A stretch of DNA of 64,000 nucleotides from Phoronis australis (Eukaryota > Animalia > Phoronida): NCBI GenBank assembly GCA_002633005.1, contig NMRA01000517.1, forward strand, positions 180,289-244,288, given 5' to 3'. The notes beneath the pieces were generated by a model. It worked only from the letters and a program-made list of their open reading frames with translations. It was not told where the DNA came from and made no database searches. Position 1 is the first letter of the stretch. Every line of letters starts with the position of its first letter. The translations under genes and the position numbers were made by a program. Of the stretch, positions 26,193 through 38,640 are shown piece by piece.

Positions 26193-29068
26193 NACTTCGC
26201 TAAGTGGCCAGGGTGTGCAAAAGTTGAATAGTTCTTAAAACATTGATTGCAATGTTGAAAAATGACCTCAGATTCAATCACTCATAATCGCAATTCTTGA
26301 ATCTAAAACGTCTCATTTTCAAACAGGGACAGCATCTGGGGCACGGAGATAATTTATTTGATTTCTGGGTTGCGGCGACTTACGAGCGGCTTCAAATCTG
26401 GGAAGAATGGATGTGACATTCCGTTTTGGTGAAGACTGGCAGGGATAGGGTAACCTACTACATTTAGTTCCGACCCGACCATGGGTATGTTTCCGATTCG
26501 GTGGCTGAGGTTGAAGCATCGCGGATAAACTTTTCAGTCCCGCTAGGGTGAAATGATGCAATCTTGACATGGATTTGGTGAATGTATCGTGGTTAATAAT
26601 TCATTAATATTCTTACTTCATGTTCTGTGCAAAATATAAGTTCGCTTTCTTTTTTCTGTATTCACAATAAATGCTTTGGTGTCCACTTTCGCATGCGCAA
26701 GAAACCCAGAAATTTAAAGTGTATTAATACCGGGACGTTGTTGTCGTTGAACTAGGTGCTTCTTTGCGTCTAAGTCAAAAGATGTATTTTTGCATATTGA
26801 AGCATAAAAATTACACCTCAGTCCGAAATTTCCTACATTTTTGAGGTAGTGAACCTTCGGAGTAGTGAACACGTTTGAGTAATGTCTTCGGAGTAGTGGG
26901 TTGTTCTCATTTCCAACGCTATGTCATGAGCCTGACTAAAATTCCAAGTCATTCTGTGACTAAATGTTTCCGTCCCGAGTATTTGATGGAGTATGATAAT
27001 GATTCAATTTTAAAACCACGCATGGTTCGAAAGTTTGGCAGAGGATAACGCTCAGTATTCCGGAAATAAAAAACTTTGTGGACCACAATAGGCCTACATC
27101 CAAATTTGGGTCCCGTTTTTGCTAGAAAACATCATGGCATCCTCATTTCTGGGATTAGGCTTACGAATTTCGTCTCATCTCAAGAAAATGGAGCGTCAAG
27201 ATCTAGTCATCGTCGTGTACACGGATTACCCTTCTGCCGGGTTTAGCTGCGAAAGGGCGCTACCGAGGAAATGGCCGACGCTTGCGAAATATGATCAAAA
27301 GGCCCACCGCTTTAGAAATCCGAACCAACGCCCGCTCAATGTTGGCTACAGTGCCTCCCGTTCATTAACGCGAGGACCTCGCTAAAAAGAACACGTTGCG
27401 TGGTTAGGCGAGATATTGTTGTGTTTTTTAAATGAGAACTCGTGACTTGGGCTAAATTTTAGCTAGGTACTAGCGTAGGCCCGCGGGGTGGGGGGTTATT
27501 AGTTGTTTCCCCGTTGTGGGTCATTGTATACTCTTAGATTTCCAGTGTCTAGACAGATACCCGGATGAACTAGTTCATAAGACAAATGGTGGAGGGAAAA
27601 CATCTCCTATGTCTCTTCAGACATTCGCACCCCCGAATTGCCAAAAGGAACCTGGGGGGAATTTTAGGGGGGCATGGCCCTTTTGGATCCCCATCTAAAT
27701 CCGCTACTGGATGGCACCCAACAACCGGGGTACGGCGCCACGTTACGTGGTACGCCGACACGCCTTCACTAGCACTTGTCCTCCCCTTACTTCATGTCTG
27801 GCATTGAAGTTTTTAGATTTCAAGGCACAGCTCAAGCTAAAAGAAACTTCGCTGACATGCGGTGAATTGCGAATTAACCTGTTCTGTAATGTTCATGTGT
27901 TTGACCATGAAAATACAAAACTTTCGAGCTGATTGTAAGAAAAACAGGACATTAATAGTGTAATGGACGTCTTCACTATGAAATGAACAATTGGAGCAGT
28001 TTCATTCTCGACTCAACTAGAACTGAATTTGCAGATACATGTAGTTTTCTACTTCTTTCCAGAAGAAAACTTTAGACAACTGAAGAAAACATAGCGATTG
28101 CTAAAACAATTTGACCAAAACCCTTGAATCAACAAGTTCGTGTGAAACGCATGGTCAGTCCTCAATGCTCAGCTGCAGCGACGAAAGACGATGTAAACTA
28201 GATCAGGGTCACGTGGTTTGACTGCCACGTAGGGTATGGTGCAACCGCCGAAGTAATGTCACGGGAATACCGGGCGTTCATTGCAAGCCAATGATAACAA
28301 CACAATGAGGTTGCTTTGGTTTTGCAAACTATGTCTGTAAAGAAAATCGTTTTTGACACCTGAATTAAGGCATTAATGCTGCAAACACTTTAGCAGAATA
28401 TACGCTTCGTAAGCTCATTCAAAATGTTTGTCTGCCGGACTGAGCAGGAAATTGTAATTGTGTGCGATGTTGGGAGATACTTACAGTATGAGGTTTCAAA
28501 ACTGGGACCAACCGTACTGTCTTTGCAAAACAAAAACGTCCAAACGAAATTACAAAGCAGTAAAACCGAAAATGTTGGTCAAATTACTTTTTAATACCCT
28601 CAACTAAAGTAAAATTACCACTGAGTTGAGAACCATTCCTTCTCCGTCTCTCCGTCTCAGTCCCCTTGTATTCAGTACATATTTTTGTATACAATTTTCT
28701 AAATTTTCAATGGCTCTCATTTAAGACCTTTATTAAATTTGTAAGTTTTAGGAAAGTCTCCCAGTATTCGTCGGACCAAAATCCAATCCTTGAAACAAGA
28801 ATCGTCGCCAGAAATTTGAACGAGGTCAGAAAGAATCTATTCCCACAAGGTGACGCTGGTGATCGGAAATCGTGAACTTCGGTCCGCTGCTGTTTTCTCT
28901 TGCACAGACCCTCTTCATTCGATATCCGTGATGTCAGAGTCAGCCTGAGTGTGAGGCCCGGGAACCAGATTACTGTTTCCCTCGGGCTCTACGTACGCTC
29001 TCTGATTGATTGCGTAATCACTGCTATAGAAGAGATTAGTCTTGTGTTGCAGGGTGTGGGAGACGACC

Positions 29069-29113
29069 ATGGAGAGAGAAAGGAAACTTGTATTTTACGT
29101 AAACGGAGTTAAG
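29069..29113 (+). CDS. XDH: XDH/AOX coding exon 1 (MERERKLVFYVNGVK)
   Basis: Kozak context accATGG; family N-terminal motif LVFxVNG(K); donor AAG|gtaac, phase 0. Possible upstream acceptor (gttgcag ending 29052) hints at a non-coding 5' exon. Confidence 0.9.
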
Positions 29114-31300
29114 GTAACACATTGAAATTTTGTCAGATCTGCACTGAAGCAGTTGATTGTACCTGAGAGAGTCTACGGGTCTGTCTATGTAGTGTACTCA
29201 TGCGGGTGTACCGCATAAGTTAGTCAGTCTGTCGGTGTACCCAAGCCGGTGTACCGCATAGGGCTGTCTGTCTGTGGTGCGCCCAAGCGAGTGTACCACG
29301 TAACTTTGTCCAATTGATTTAGGTTTGAGGTAAAAAACACATTACGAACTTGCATGGACGTGCTTGATAACGTTGTGGATATACATGTAGATGAGACAGG
29401 CAGTACAAGCCTCAGTGGTTACGTAAAACGGGCTAATCTGACAGTAACCCTTGGACATTGAGTAATATACAGCGGGAACAGGCTAGATCACAGAGTCATG
29501 AACTTTACAAACGGCACCGTCACAAGGCCAAAATACCCTGATTGGTTCTGGCCTTCACCGACACATTTTGAAACATGCTCCTCATGGCTGGCACCAGGTG
29601 ATGTTGCGTAACTGAACAAAAAATGATCCCGCCCCGTATTGGGACGCTGGGGGTAAAAAGTAAAATCTCTACTTAGTTCAGCTATCATGTGACTTTGTCA
29701 GGCTTTATGGAACATGGACAACTATATGAATATCGCACAACAAACCGATTTTCAAGAAAAGGCACAGATTAGAACCAACTACACTTTTTTGGCCTGAAAC
29801 CGACGAGAGCCAATTGTCAACCAATAATACAGTNTTGACCTTAGTGTCACTGTAACCTCAAATAACAATTCTTTTTCATGTTTTGCGATTTTCAATGTGA
29901 AAAATCCGCCTGTAGATGAAACAATATTCTAATCAATAAATTCTCAAAAACATTTAAAAATCAAATTAAATGCATGTTTTCCGAATCAAACGTAATTACG
30001 ACAGCCTTCTTATTTTTCCGTCAGGTGTCACAGTTCGGTGGTCTGCAAAAACGTACACACATCTACGTAACTCGTTTGACCATCCGACTCCCCAATGGGT
30101 GTCTTTTCAAACAAAATATGAAATACCGGTAACTTTGAGAAATTAACTATTACCAAGTTTTTTGTTATTAGATGTGAACAAAAGTTGCGTTTGTAAAAAG
30201 ATAAATGGTGTTACGCAATTTTCGAACACCTTAGCAAGAGAACTTTGGTGAAAATTGTCTTTAAAATGGATGCTAAAAATGTTAGTAACGCATGAGGATT
30301 TCAATTCTAATATCTAGTAGTAGTAATGGCAGTGACTGTGTGGTAACAACATGACAACAATAAGTGCACGTTTTGTTTAAGTAATCGCAAATCGCGACTG
30401 TTTTTTCTAATCCTTCTGAGATAAGGTGGTGCTAAGGTGAGCTCCGTGCCACTTTTAAGTTACCACGACTTTACAATGTAATTAAAGGTAACGCTAAGAT
30501 GGCGTTAGCGGATTTATGTGTATCGTTATTGGTAAACTTAAGGTGACCTTATAAGGTGGCTTCGAGGTAGTCAGCCCAGGTCTTTACCACCACTCACTTT
30601 GAGATCGGCGTCCACCGACTAAAAACGTCCACCCGTATCAATTTCAGCAAAGGTTTCGTGTTTTTTATTTGTTAAAAAGCTGTACAAAGACTTATAGACA
30701 AGGATAAGTAAGACTTAAAACGCCAAGACTTTCTGAGTTCTGAGTAAAAAAACAAATCCCGCACCATTTTCAACGGCCTCTGATTTTTTGCAGGCTCTCC
30801 GTCGTTCACAATTGTCTCTCTTCAATACAGGTTCTCCTATACACGAGAGGCTGTGGCCCAAATCTATCAGAACACTTCTATCACTCGATCCTCTTCAGTG
30901 TAGGTTCTCATATGCATTGGAAGGTATTCGCTACATCACTATCACAGCTATTCCTTCTGAAGACAATGTAATTGTCAGAGAATAATAAACTGAACTTGAT
31001 ATTGTCATGAAGGCATGTTGCCATAGGCCTACCAATCAGAACGGGTGCTTTGGATGTCGTTCGGAAACTCTCATCTTTCTTACTAACTTGAAATCTCACG
31101 TTTAAATTCAGAAATCATAGGATACGGTACTCTATTAGAGGTATTTTGAAATAATGTTGATTGTAAGTTCAAAACAGATAAACACGGACGTATGTGTAAT
31201 CCAGCCAACAAGGTCTTATTCGTCTTCAAGACTAACCAACTGTCCTACAATGAAATATAATATGTTTTGATGCCAACATTCTTCAATTATTTTGTTTCAG

Positions 31301-31358
31301 GTTACTACAATTGACTTTGAACCGGAAGAAAGCTTAGCAAAGTACTTGAGGAAAAATT
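31301..31358 (+). CDS. XDH: XDH/AOX coding exon 2 (58 nt)
   Basis: Acceptor tttgtttcag; VTTIDFEPEESLAKYLRKN+T resembles the family PExxLxxYLR motif; followed by U12-type donor gtatccttt. Confidence 0.92.
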
Positions 31359-31699
31359 GTATCCTTTGCTAAACAGATGTTTTGAATAAATTATAAGTAT
31401 TTTCCCTGCAGATGGAGCCGCTGGGCGATGTATTGTAAGCTAACCACAAAACCTCTTACGTGTTACAAGATTTTGGTTGCATGAAAACCTAGTCTAGTTG
31501 AAGATATTTGTGCATGATGGATTCCGTTTAATTTCGCGATTTTAATTTTTTTTTATTGAATACGAAGTTTTCTGACTATTTCCAAGCCTCGTTATATATT
31601 ATTTGCGTTTTAAAAAATTGTAGTCAGGGTAAATCGATGTGTGTTATGAGTCATTCAGTACGAGGATAATATGCAAAATATTATGAGTCATTACTGTAC

Positions 31700-32590
31700 T
31701 TGAAATGAAAGGCAACGTTTCGCCAGCCTCTGCTGACTTTTTCAGCCTGTGCGAACTCTGGTGGATTCGGTCGGAATTGAGAAAATCGGCGGGAAACTTT
31801 AATCAGAACCCTGTCCCAGGTGTGTGATAGGTTGAATCACAAGTCTCCTCTTAGGTTCAAAGATGGATTTTCATTTCTTTCGTGTATGCACTCCTTGACT
31901 CCTCGTTCAATCCAAATTTTCTCCTTGTCAAAGATTAGTACATTGTCAAGGTCAAAGATGTTATGTGACCAGGTCCCTGACAGTTTGTAAATACGGCAGT
32001 CATAAGTGTCACCGTAACTAGGCCGACGATGTTGGTACAACCGTGCTTTCAAGGACTGCTTAGTTTTCCGTGCATAAGTTTCAGGGAACTCTCCGCACTG
32101 TATTCCATTGACCACATTAGCTATGTTTTCCTTAGGTTGTTTGTCCTTAGGGTTAACGAGTTTTTGTCTCAGAATGCCAACAGGTTTGAAAAGTATGGTG
32201 ATATGAAATGTACTGAACATAGACTATAATTGTTCAGAAAGTCTTTCTACATAAGGAATAGATATCCTCGCCAATGATTGATCTGGTTGAGGAGCGTCAA
32301 TGATGATAATTTCCAGTCTGGGTGTTCTACGGATAGCCTTGCTAAGGCCCAACGTGGGAATCCGCACGTTTCCAGAAAGTCACGAATCCTGTGTTTCTCT
32401 TATTGTCGTCAGAGACAATTAGGTCCGCACGGTGATACAGGGTATGAATTTTGTGCTCAACTGGACGGTGAGAGCCAGGCTGTAAATAGTAGTTTGTGTG
32501 TGTAGCTTTGCTTAACTTCGACCGAATCCACCAGAGGTCGCGCAGGCTTGAAAAAGCCAGCAGACTGAAGCTGGCGCAGTCTCGTCCTGA
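31700..32590 (-). mobile_element. Penelope-like retroelement fragment (linker + GIY-YIG endonuclease) flanked by inverted pseudo-LTR copies
   Basis: Minus-strand ISIPYVERLSEQL*...FKPVGILRQKLVNPKDK...NVVNGIQC...Y..KTKQSLKARLYQHRR...ERGVKE...NPSLN. About 31715-31780 is an inverted copy of about 32512-32578. Confidence 0.85.
31709..31750 (-). ncRNA. Hammerhead-ribozyme-like motif in the PLE pseudo-LTR (variant core)
   Basis: Minus strand reads acagg-CTGAAAAA-GTCAGC-agag-GCTGGC-GAAACGTT-gcct: stem II pairs, followed by GAAAC and a palindromic ACGT. The core deviates from CUGANGA. Confidence 0.5.
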
Positions 32591-33361
32591 TAGCACTGGT
32601 CCGTTTAGCCATTTGAGGCTTGGTTATGGGAAACCAATGGTATCAGAATTCTGACACATTCTTACGAAAGTCGCCGGAATATCACGAGTTATATAACTCT
32701 GAAATTTGCTGCAGTATAACATAAATATGAAAACTAACGGTATATTGCAGCAATTTAGGTCTAAATCATTTGTTTTGATTCGAACACAGATTAATTTCTA
32801 TGATACTATTAATAAAAACAATTGAAAACGACCTTTATTTCGAACAATAACCGAAAGAATGCGTTTTACTTTATGAATCGCAGCAACAACGCCTGTGAAA
32901 ATAATTTAATCTGCCTTTAATGACGTCAAGGCAGCGACCAATCATTGCGCACAAGGCAGTTCCACTAACTAACCTTCAAGCGGCTAAATAACCTCTTACA
33001 AAGCGCCACCCATACTCAAAAGTGGCCTTGTGCAAACATGATCGACACACGGAATTCCGTGTGTGGGCATCAACGCGCATGCTTGGTCGGAAGGTTATTG
33101 ATCACATCGATCACACACTTTCTATGCACTGTACTTGTTTGGGTTTGCTACGGGATCGGGTTCCTTTGGTTTTGTTAACTTCGATTACTGCCCGTTTTAA
33201 TAAATTGCAACTATTCAAGTCAAAGGTTGTCGCCATACTACGTAACAGTAAACTGAAAGGGGTTTCCCAGATTTCAGCCAATGGTAATGACTGAATGTTA
33301 TGACGTCGGTTTAATTACTTTAACCAATGAGAACCCATGATACCTTTCGTAGCACTGTGAA

Positions 33362-34024
33362 GGAGGCACAGAACAGTTCTCACTGGGTTTTGCCCAGAAA
33401 AAAACCACATCACTTGATTTGTCACCTTTTCTTGTCAAAAACAGGGTGCAAAGAATGACATGTTTTCAGTTATTTCACATAAAAAGCCCTGCAGATGAGC
33501 GCAGAAACTTTATTCTCTCTTGTATTTTTGACCCTTTCGATCCCACTGGAAACCAAGCTAGACTAAGAAAAGTAGGGGCAAAAAAGTGCAAAATCGGCAC
33601 TTTTCATCCAAAAACACCACTTCCCTGCCGATGCACGACTAAAACCAACAATAGATTCTGAAAGCAAATTTCCTACAGATTCCAAAATGTGGTCCAAAAG
33701 TACTGTCAACCAACTATTTTTTTTGGCAATTCTGGCTTGTTTGAGGGCTACCTAAAATCGCAGCCAATTTCTCAGTCGCTACCCAGCAATGCACAATTGC
33801 AACCGGGGACCGCCATCTTGAAGAAGAGTGCAGCTACAGCCGAGAAAGTGGCATTTTTTATTCTCAGCATGTTCACAAATACAAACAAACCACATTCACT
33901 GAGCCTACATGCAATGTCCACCTACAAAATGCCCCCAAAGTTGGCCTACCCCGAAATTTTAATATATTAAAATTTTGGGGGTGCAAATTGGCCGCGGCCC
34001 TCAGCCTAACTATTCAGTGCCACC
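33362..34024. mobile_element. MITE (PIF/Harbinger-like), copy 1
   Basis: TIR GGAGGCACAGAACAGTT / AACTATTCAGTGCCACC; 3-bp TSD GAA; full-length similarity to 59124-59777. Confidence 0.85.
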
Positions 34025-34593
34025 GAAAGAGTGTAGTGGCGCCATCTTGAGGCTTGGGGAAGAGGCTGGCCAAACGTTGCCTTCCATCTCAAGTAAGTTC
34101 GGTAACGACTGCACAAGTAATCATCGTAATGTGACATTGTTTACACCACAAAAAGACCACCAGGTGGCGTGACCGTTTCGTAAGACGATACTTGTGTAAA
34201 TGTCAACTATGTCGCAAATCCAAACTAGTAGACAAGCACCTCTTGGTTCTAGGTGTTCAGCGGCATTATGTAGTGTACAATTAGAAATCTTTGCCTGCTC
34301 TATATCAGAAACATTAAACACAACTAAGATTGCAGTTTATCACAAATGGCCAATTTTGAAGACTGTGGCTGGAATTTCGGTGAAATACGCTTTTGGTAAG
34401 ATAGTAATCATAGGCTATTGGTCATTTCCATCATTGTCAGTACAGACACAAAACGACGAAACCTTATAGAAAGTCACTTTAAATTCCATTACATGACAGA
34501 AAAGAAGCATGGAATGGCGAACTCCTAAAATATCGCGTGGCACGACTTTGAATCTTTTCACAACATTTCAGTTGACTAACACCAGATGGAGTT

Positions 34594-37196
34594 CGGGTGT
34601 TGTTCCAGGGACAAACTGTCAATATCATGAAAGTTTACGCGATGATCGAAGAAACCTTTTGAATAACGCGGGAGAATGATTCCACGACATTTACAAAGTT
34701 TTTGTAGCCATGGCCCAAAGGTCGGCGCCTCACCGATCACATCAAGGATTCAATTTCGCCAGTAGAATCGAGTACTACCAAATAGAGTTTCAAATACGAC
34801 ACCTTTTGTTGCTTATGCATCAACTCAAGTTGATCAGAAGTTCTGCCAGTTAAATGTGAAGGCGTCCATTCTGTTAGGACATGTACTTCCCATCTTGTAT
34901 GCGGCGGACGTGCAGGCAACTGTCCACGGTGCCGTGGAAGCATACATCATAGGCTTGCAATCTTCTGATAACTTCGATGAGGAACAGCGGCAATGGAAAT
35001 CGTTATTCTCTAGAGTGTCCGAAAAGGAACCAGTGTCAGTAGTTGAAGCAGTGTGAATGCAATTTTTCCAAATATCCATGTGATGATATGTGTAGGGTGC
35101 ACCCTCCGAGTAACCAGCTACATGTACTGATGAGTAACCAGCTACATGTACTGATGAGTAACCAGCTACATGTACTGATGAGTAACCAGCTACATGTACT
35201 GATGAGTAACCAGCTACATGTACTGATGAATAACCAGCTACATGTACTGATGAATAACCAGCTACATGTACTGATGAGTAACCAGCTACATGTACTGATG
35301 CAATTGTTGAGAAACTTCATAAATTATGAGCTATTCTGCTTATTCACCACGGAGAAGTTGTCGCGGTGTTTTCCCAGAGGACAACGAACAGAACTGTAAA
35401 GCGGAAATTGGTAGGTATCCCGCACACGTGTCTGATTGTTGCTTTTTCCCTCGAACAAGAGAACATGCATTCAAAGCGTTGCTAATTCTGGTAAAATGAT
35501 GTAGTGGAGGTCCCTTTTTCGGGGCAGCCGTGTTACTGTGGACCCCGACGGCCCTCTATCGTGGTGGCCGTGTTGCCATGAAACCCGACAGCCTTCTATC
35601 GTAGCAGTCGTGTTGTTCTGAACCTGTTCACAAAATACGTTCACATTGAAGCCGACTTCTTAAGCAATCTGTGATTGCGCTAACGTTTGTGGACAGTAAT
35701 TGGAATGAAAACATACGTTATTAATAGTAGATGTGTAAGTTTCAGGGCACCCCGCCTAAGCAGCTCAAAAATATTTTAACGATGTTTTCAATTTGATTGG
35801 AATGACCTGGTTATAACAGGATTCACCTGATTATAACAGGAATGATTTTACTATTACAAGAATTGGTTATAATATGAATGACCTGATTTTAACATGAATG
35901 ACCTAGTTATAACAGTTAGGATTCACCTGATNNNNNNNNNNNNNNNNNNNNNNNNNNNNNNNNNNNNNNNNNNNNNNNNNNNNNNNNNNNNNNNNNNNNN
36001 NNNNNNNNNNNNNNNNNNNNNNNNNNNNNNNNNNNNNNNNNNNNNNNNNNNNNNCGGGTGTTGTTCCAGGGACAAACTGTCAATATCATGAAAGTTTACG
36101 CGATGATCGAAGAAACCTTTTGAATAACGCGGGAGAATGATTCCACGACATTTACAAAGTTTTTGTAGCCATGGCCCAAAGGTCGGCGCCTCACCGATCA
36201 CATCAAGGATTCAATTTCGCCAGTAGAATCGAGTACTACCAAATAGAGTTTCAAATACGACACCTTTTGTTGCTTATGCATCAACCCAAGTTGATCAGAA
36301 GTTCTGCCAGTTAAATGTGAAGGCGTCCATTCTGTTAGGACATGTACTTCCCATCTTGTATGCGGCGGACGTGCAGGCAACTGTCCACGGTGCCGTTGAA
36401 GCATACGTCATAGGCTTGCAATCTTCTGATAACTTCGACGAGGAACAGCGGCAATGGAAATCGTTATTCTCTGGAGTGTCCGAAAAGGAACCAGTGTCAG
36501 TAGTTGAAGCAGTGTGAATGCAATTTTTCCAAATATCCATGTGATGGTATGTGTAGGGTGCACCCTCCGAGTAACCAGCTACATGTACTAATGCAATTGT
36601 TGAGAAACTTCATAAATTATGAGCTATTCTGCTTATTCACCACGGAGAAGTTGTCACGGTGTTTTCCCAGAGGACAACGAACAGAATTGTAAAGCGGAAA
36701 TTGGTAGGTATCCCGCACACGTGACTGATTGTTGCTTTTTCCCTCGAACAAGAGAACATGCATTCAAAGCGTTGCTAATTCTGGTAAAATGATGTAGTGG
36801 AGGTCCCTTTTTCGGGGCAGCCGTGTTACTGTGGACCCCGACGGCCCTCTATCGGGGTGGCCGTGTTGCCATGAACCCCGACAGCCCTCTATCGTAGCAG
36901 TCGTGTTGTTCTGAACCTGCTCACAAAATACGTTCACATTGAAGCCGACTTCTTAAGCAATCTGTGATTGCGCTAACGTTTGTGGACAGTAATTGGAATG
37001 AAAACACGTTATTAATAGTAGATGTGAAAGTTTCAGGGCACCCCGCCTAAGCAGCTCAAATTTTTTTAACGATATTTATAACAGGGTTCACCTGATTATA
37101 ACAGGAATGATTTTATTATTACAAGAATTGGTTATAATATGAATGACCTGATTTTAACATGAATGACCTGGTTATAACAGTTAGGATTCACCTGAT
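34594..37196. other. Tandem near-identical duplication across the N gap (34594-35931 vs 36055-37196)
   Basis: The second copy starts immediately after the gap (35932-36054). The copies differ by scattered SNPs, small indels and VNTR copy number. Confidence 0.9.
35108..35299. repeat. VNTR, 24-bp unit, 8 copies
   Basis: gagtaaccagctacatgtactgat; a single unit is present in the duplicate block at about 36569. Confidence 0.95.
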
Positions 37197-37368
37197 TATA
37201 ACAAGATATTAGGAATGACCTGATTATAACAAGAATGATCTGGATCAAGAGTGACCTGGTTAGAAGAGGAATGACCTGGTTTTAACAGCAATGACCTGGA
37301 ATGACCTGGTTTTTATAGGAATGACCTGGTTGTACCAGGACACACCTGATTATAACTGGAACCCTGGT
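37075..37368. repeat. Degenerate ~20-bp tandem array (ggaatgacctggttataaca); also at 35797-35931
   Basis: Repeated aatgacctg(g/a)tt(a/t)taaca motifs ending about 40 nt before the U12 branch site. Confidence 0.85.
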
Positions 37369-37423
37369 GGTAATACTTTTAGTCCGAAGTTGGGCTATTC
37401 AGGACATTTCTTTAACAAGACAG

Positions 37424-37520
37424 TATATTTGACGGGAACGAAGATAGGCTGCAATCAAGGCGGCTGTGGTGCCTGTACTGTTATGGTGTCCACAGTGGAC
37501 AGAAGTAACGGAGAAATCAC
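37424..37520 (+). CDS. XDH: XDH/AOX coding exon 3 (97 nt), first [2Fe-2S] motif
   Basis: LTGTKIGCNQGGCGACTVMVS = GTKxGCxxGGCGACTV signature; donor ac|gtgagt. Confidence 0.97.
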
Positions 37521-38407
37521 GTGAGTGGCGCTTTTTAAATATTCTGAATTCTGTGTTTGTTTCAAAAACCAGAAAATTTCATCCTGATTAGCATCTCCGC
37601 CATCATTGTTATCATTATCGTCGTCGTCGTAGTCGTCCTTGGCCGCTTTAAACCTTTCGCATCATCCTAGAACTGTTCATTTTGATCGCATTGAAACCTT
37701 CTTCTATTTTTCTTTGTGCCAATTGATTCAACCAAAACCTATACACAAGTTTAATGCTTTCAACTTGACGCCGATGTTCTTCCGACTTCAAATGTTGAAT
37801 TCATCAAATCTAATTTTTGATTCTCCTGTAGTGTTCCACGAAACGATCGCGAACTATTACCATTCTTTCTGTTCAACTGTTCGAAAAACCTCAGGACTGG
37901 CCCAATTACTCATTATTACATAATCTATTTCGAAAGAATCCTCGCCTTGACTTTATCTCCGTGATTGGTTGATTTTTGTTTACTTGAAGGATCACACCTG
38001 GATCTGAGCACTTTCTGCCAATTTCGGGATTTTTAGATAACTAGAGGAACAACTTTAAACACCGGGGTTCTCTAAACTGAAACAAACTTGCCTCAGAGAC
38101 TTGTCTTGGGTAAATTTTGTGCCTCACACAGTCAGGTGCCAGTTTGATACGGATGTTCTTGTACCTAAAATAGTTTCAGTTTGAGACGAGACGGGAGCTC
38201 TTGTGTCTAGCACAGTTCAGTTTCAGACGGATGTTCTTGTGTACTTTCGTATAAATTTTGATGCCATGAATGACCGGTAAAACTTTAAAAGCATTAAAAC
38301 AAAACTAACCCACTTTTAGTGTTATTTGCCTAATTTATTGATATGAGCTCAGCCCCAGAAATCGCTTTCGCATTGTATTCAGGTTCTTGTTCACTCCCTT
38401 GCGAAAA

Positions 38408-38640
38408 TTAAGAGCCATTCCACGAGAAAATCAAAAGAAATTAAAAAAACACTCTAGGTGTCAATTTTCAGATTCAGCTTAAACTTTATGTATGTAATCG
38501 TGGTGTGTCTCTGATACAAAAATCACCAATTTTGCAATTCGAAAGCTCTTGATTTTTTCACCTATAAGCCTTCGAAGGTTCACGAAGAAAATTACACGTT
38601 TTTGCTTACCTAAAACATCAATTCAGTTAGATTGCATGCA
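38408..38640. mobile_element. Sola3-like left terminus (TTAA|GAGCCATTCC...), right boundary approximate
   Basis: TTAA followed by GAG; shares terminal and subterminal words with the 7597 end. Confidence 0.4.

Larger units (their letters stand above)
31359..37423 (+). other. U12-type (minor spliceosome) GT-AG intron, intron 2 of XDH/AOX
   Basis: 5' site GTATCCTTT matches the U12 consensus RTATCCTT. Branch-like TTTCTTTAAC (37407-37416) lies 7 nt before the end of the intron (aagacag), with no polypyrimidine tract. Phase 1 joins exon 2 to exon 3 in frame. Confidence 0.9.

Noticed and set aside
34740-35056. Helitron Rep-like fragment (YYQIEFQIRH) or coding exon
   Set aside because: Lacks the GxPHxH core and other Rep motifs; too short to support a call.
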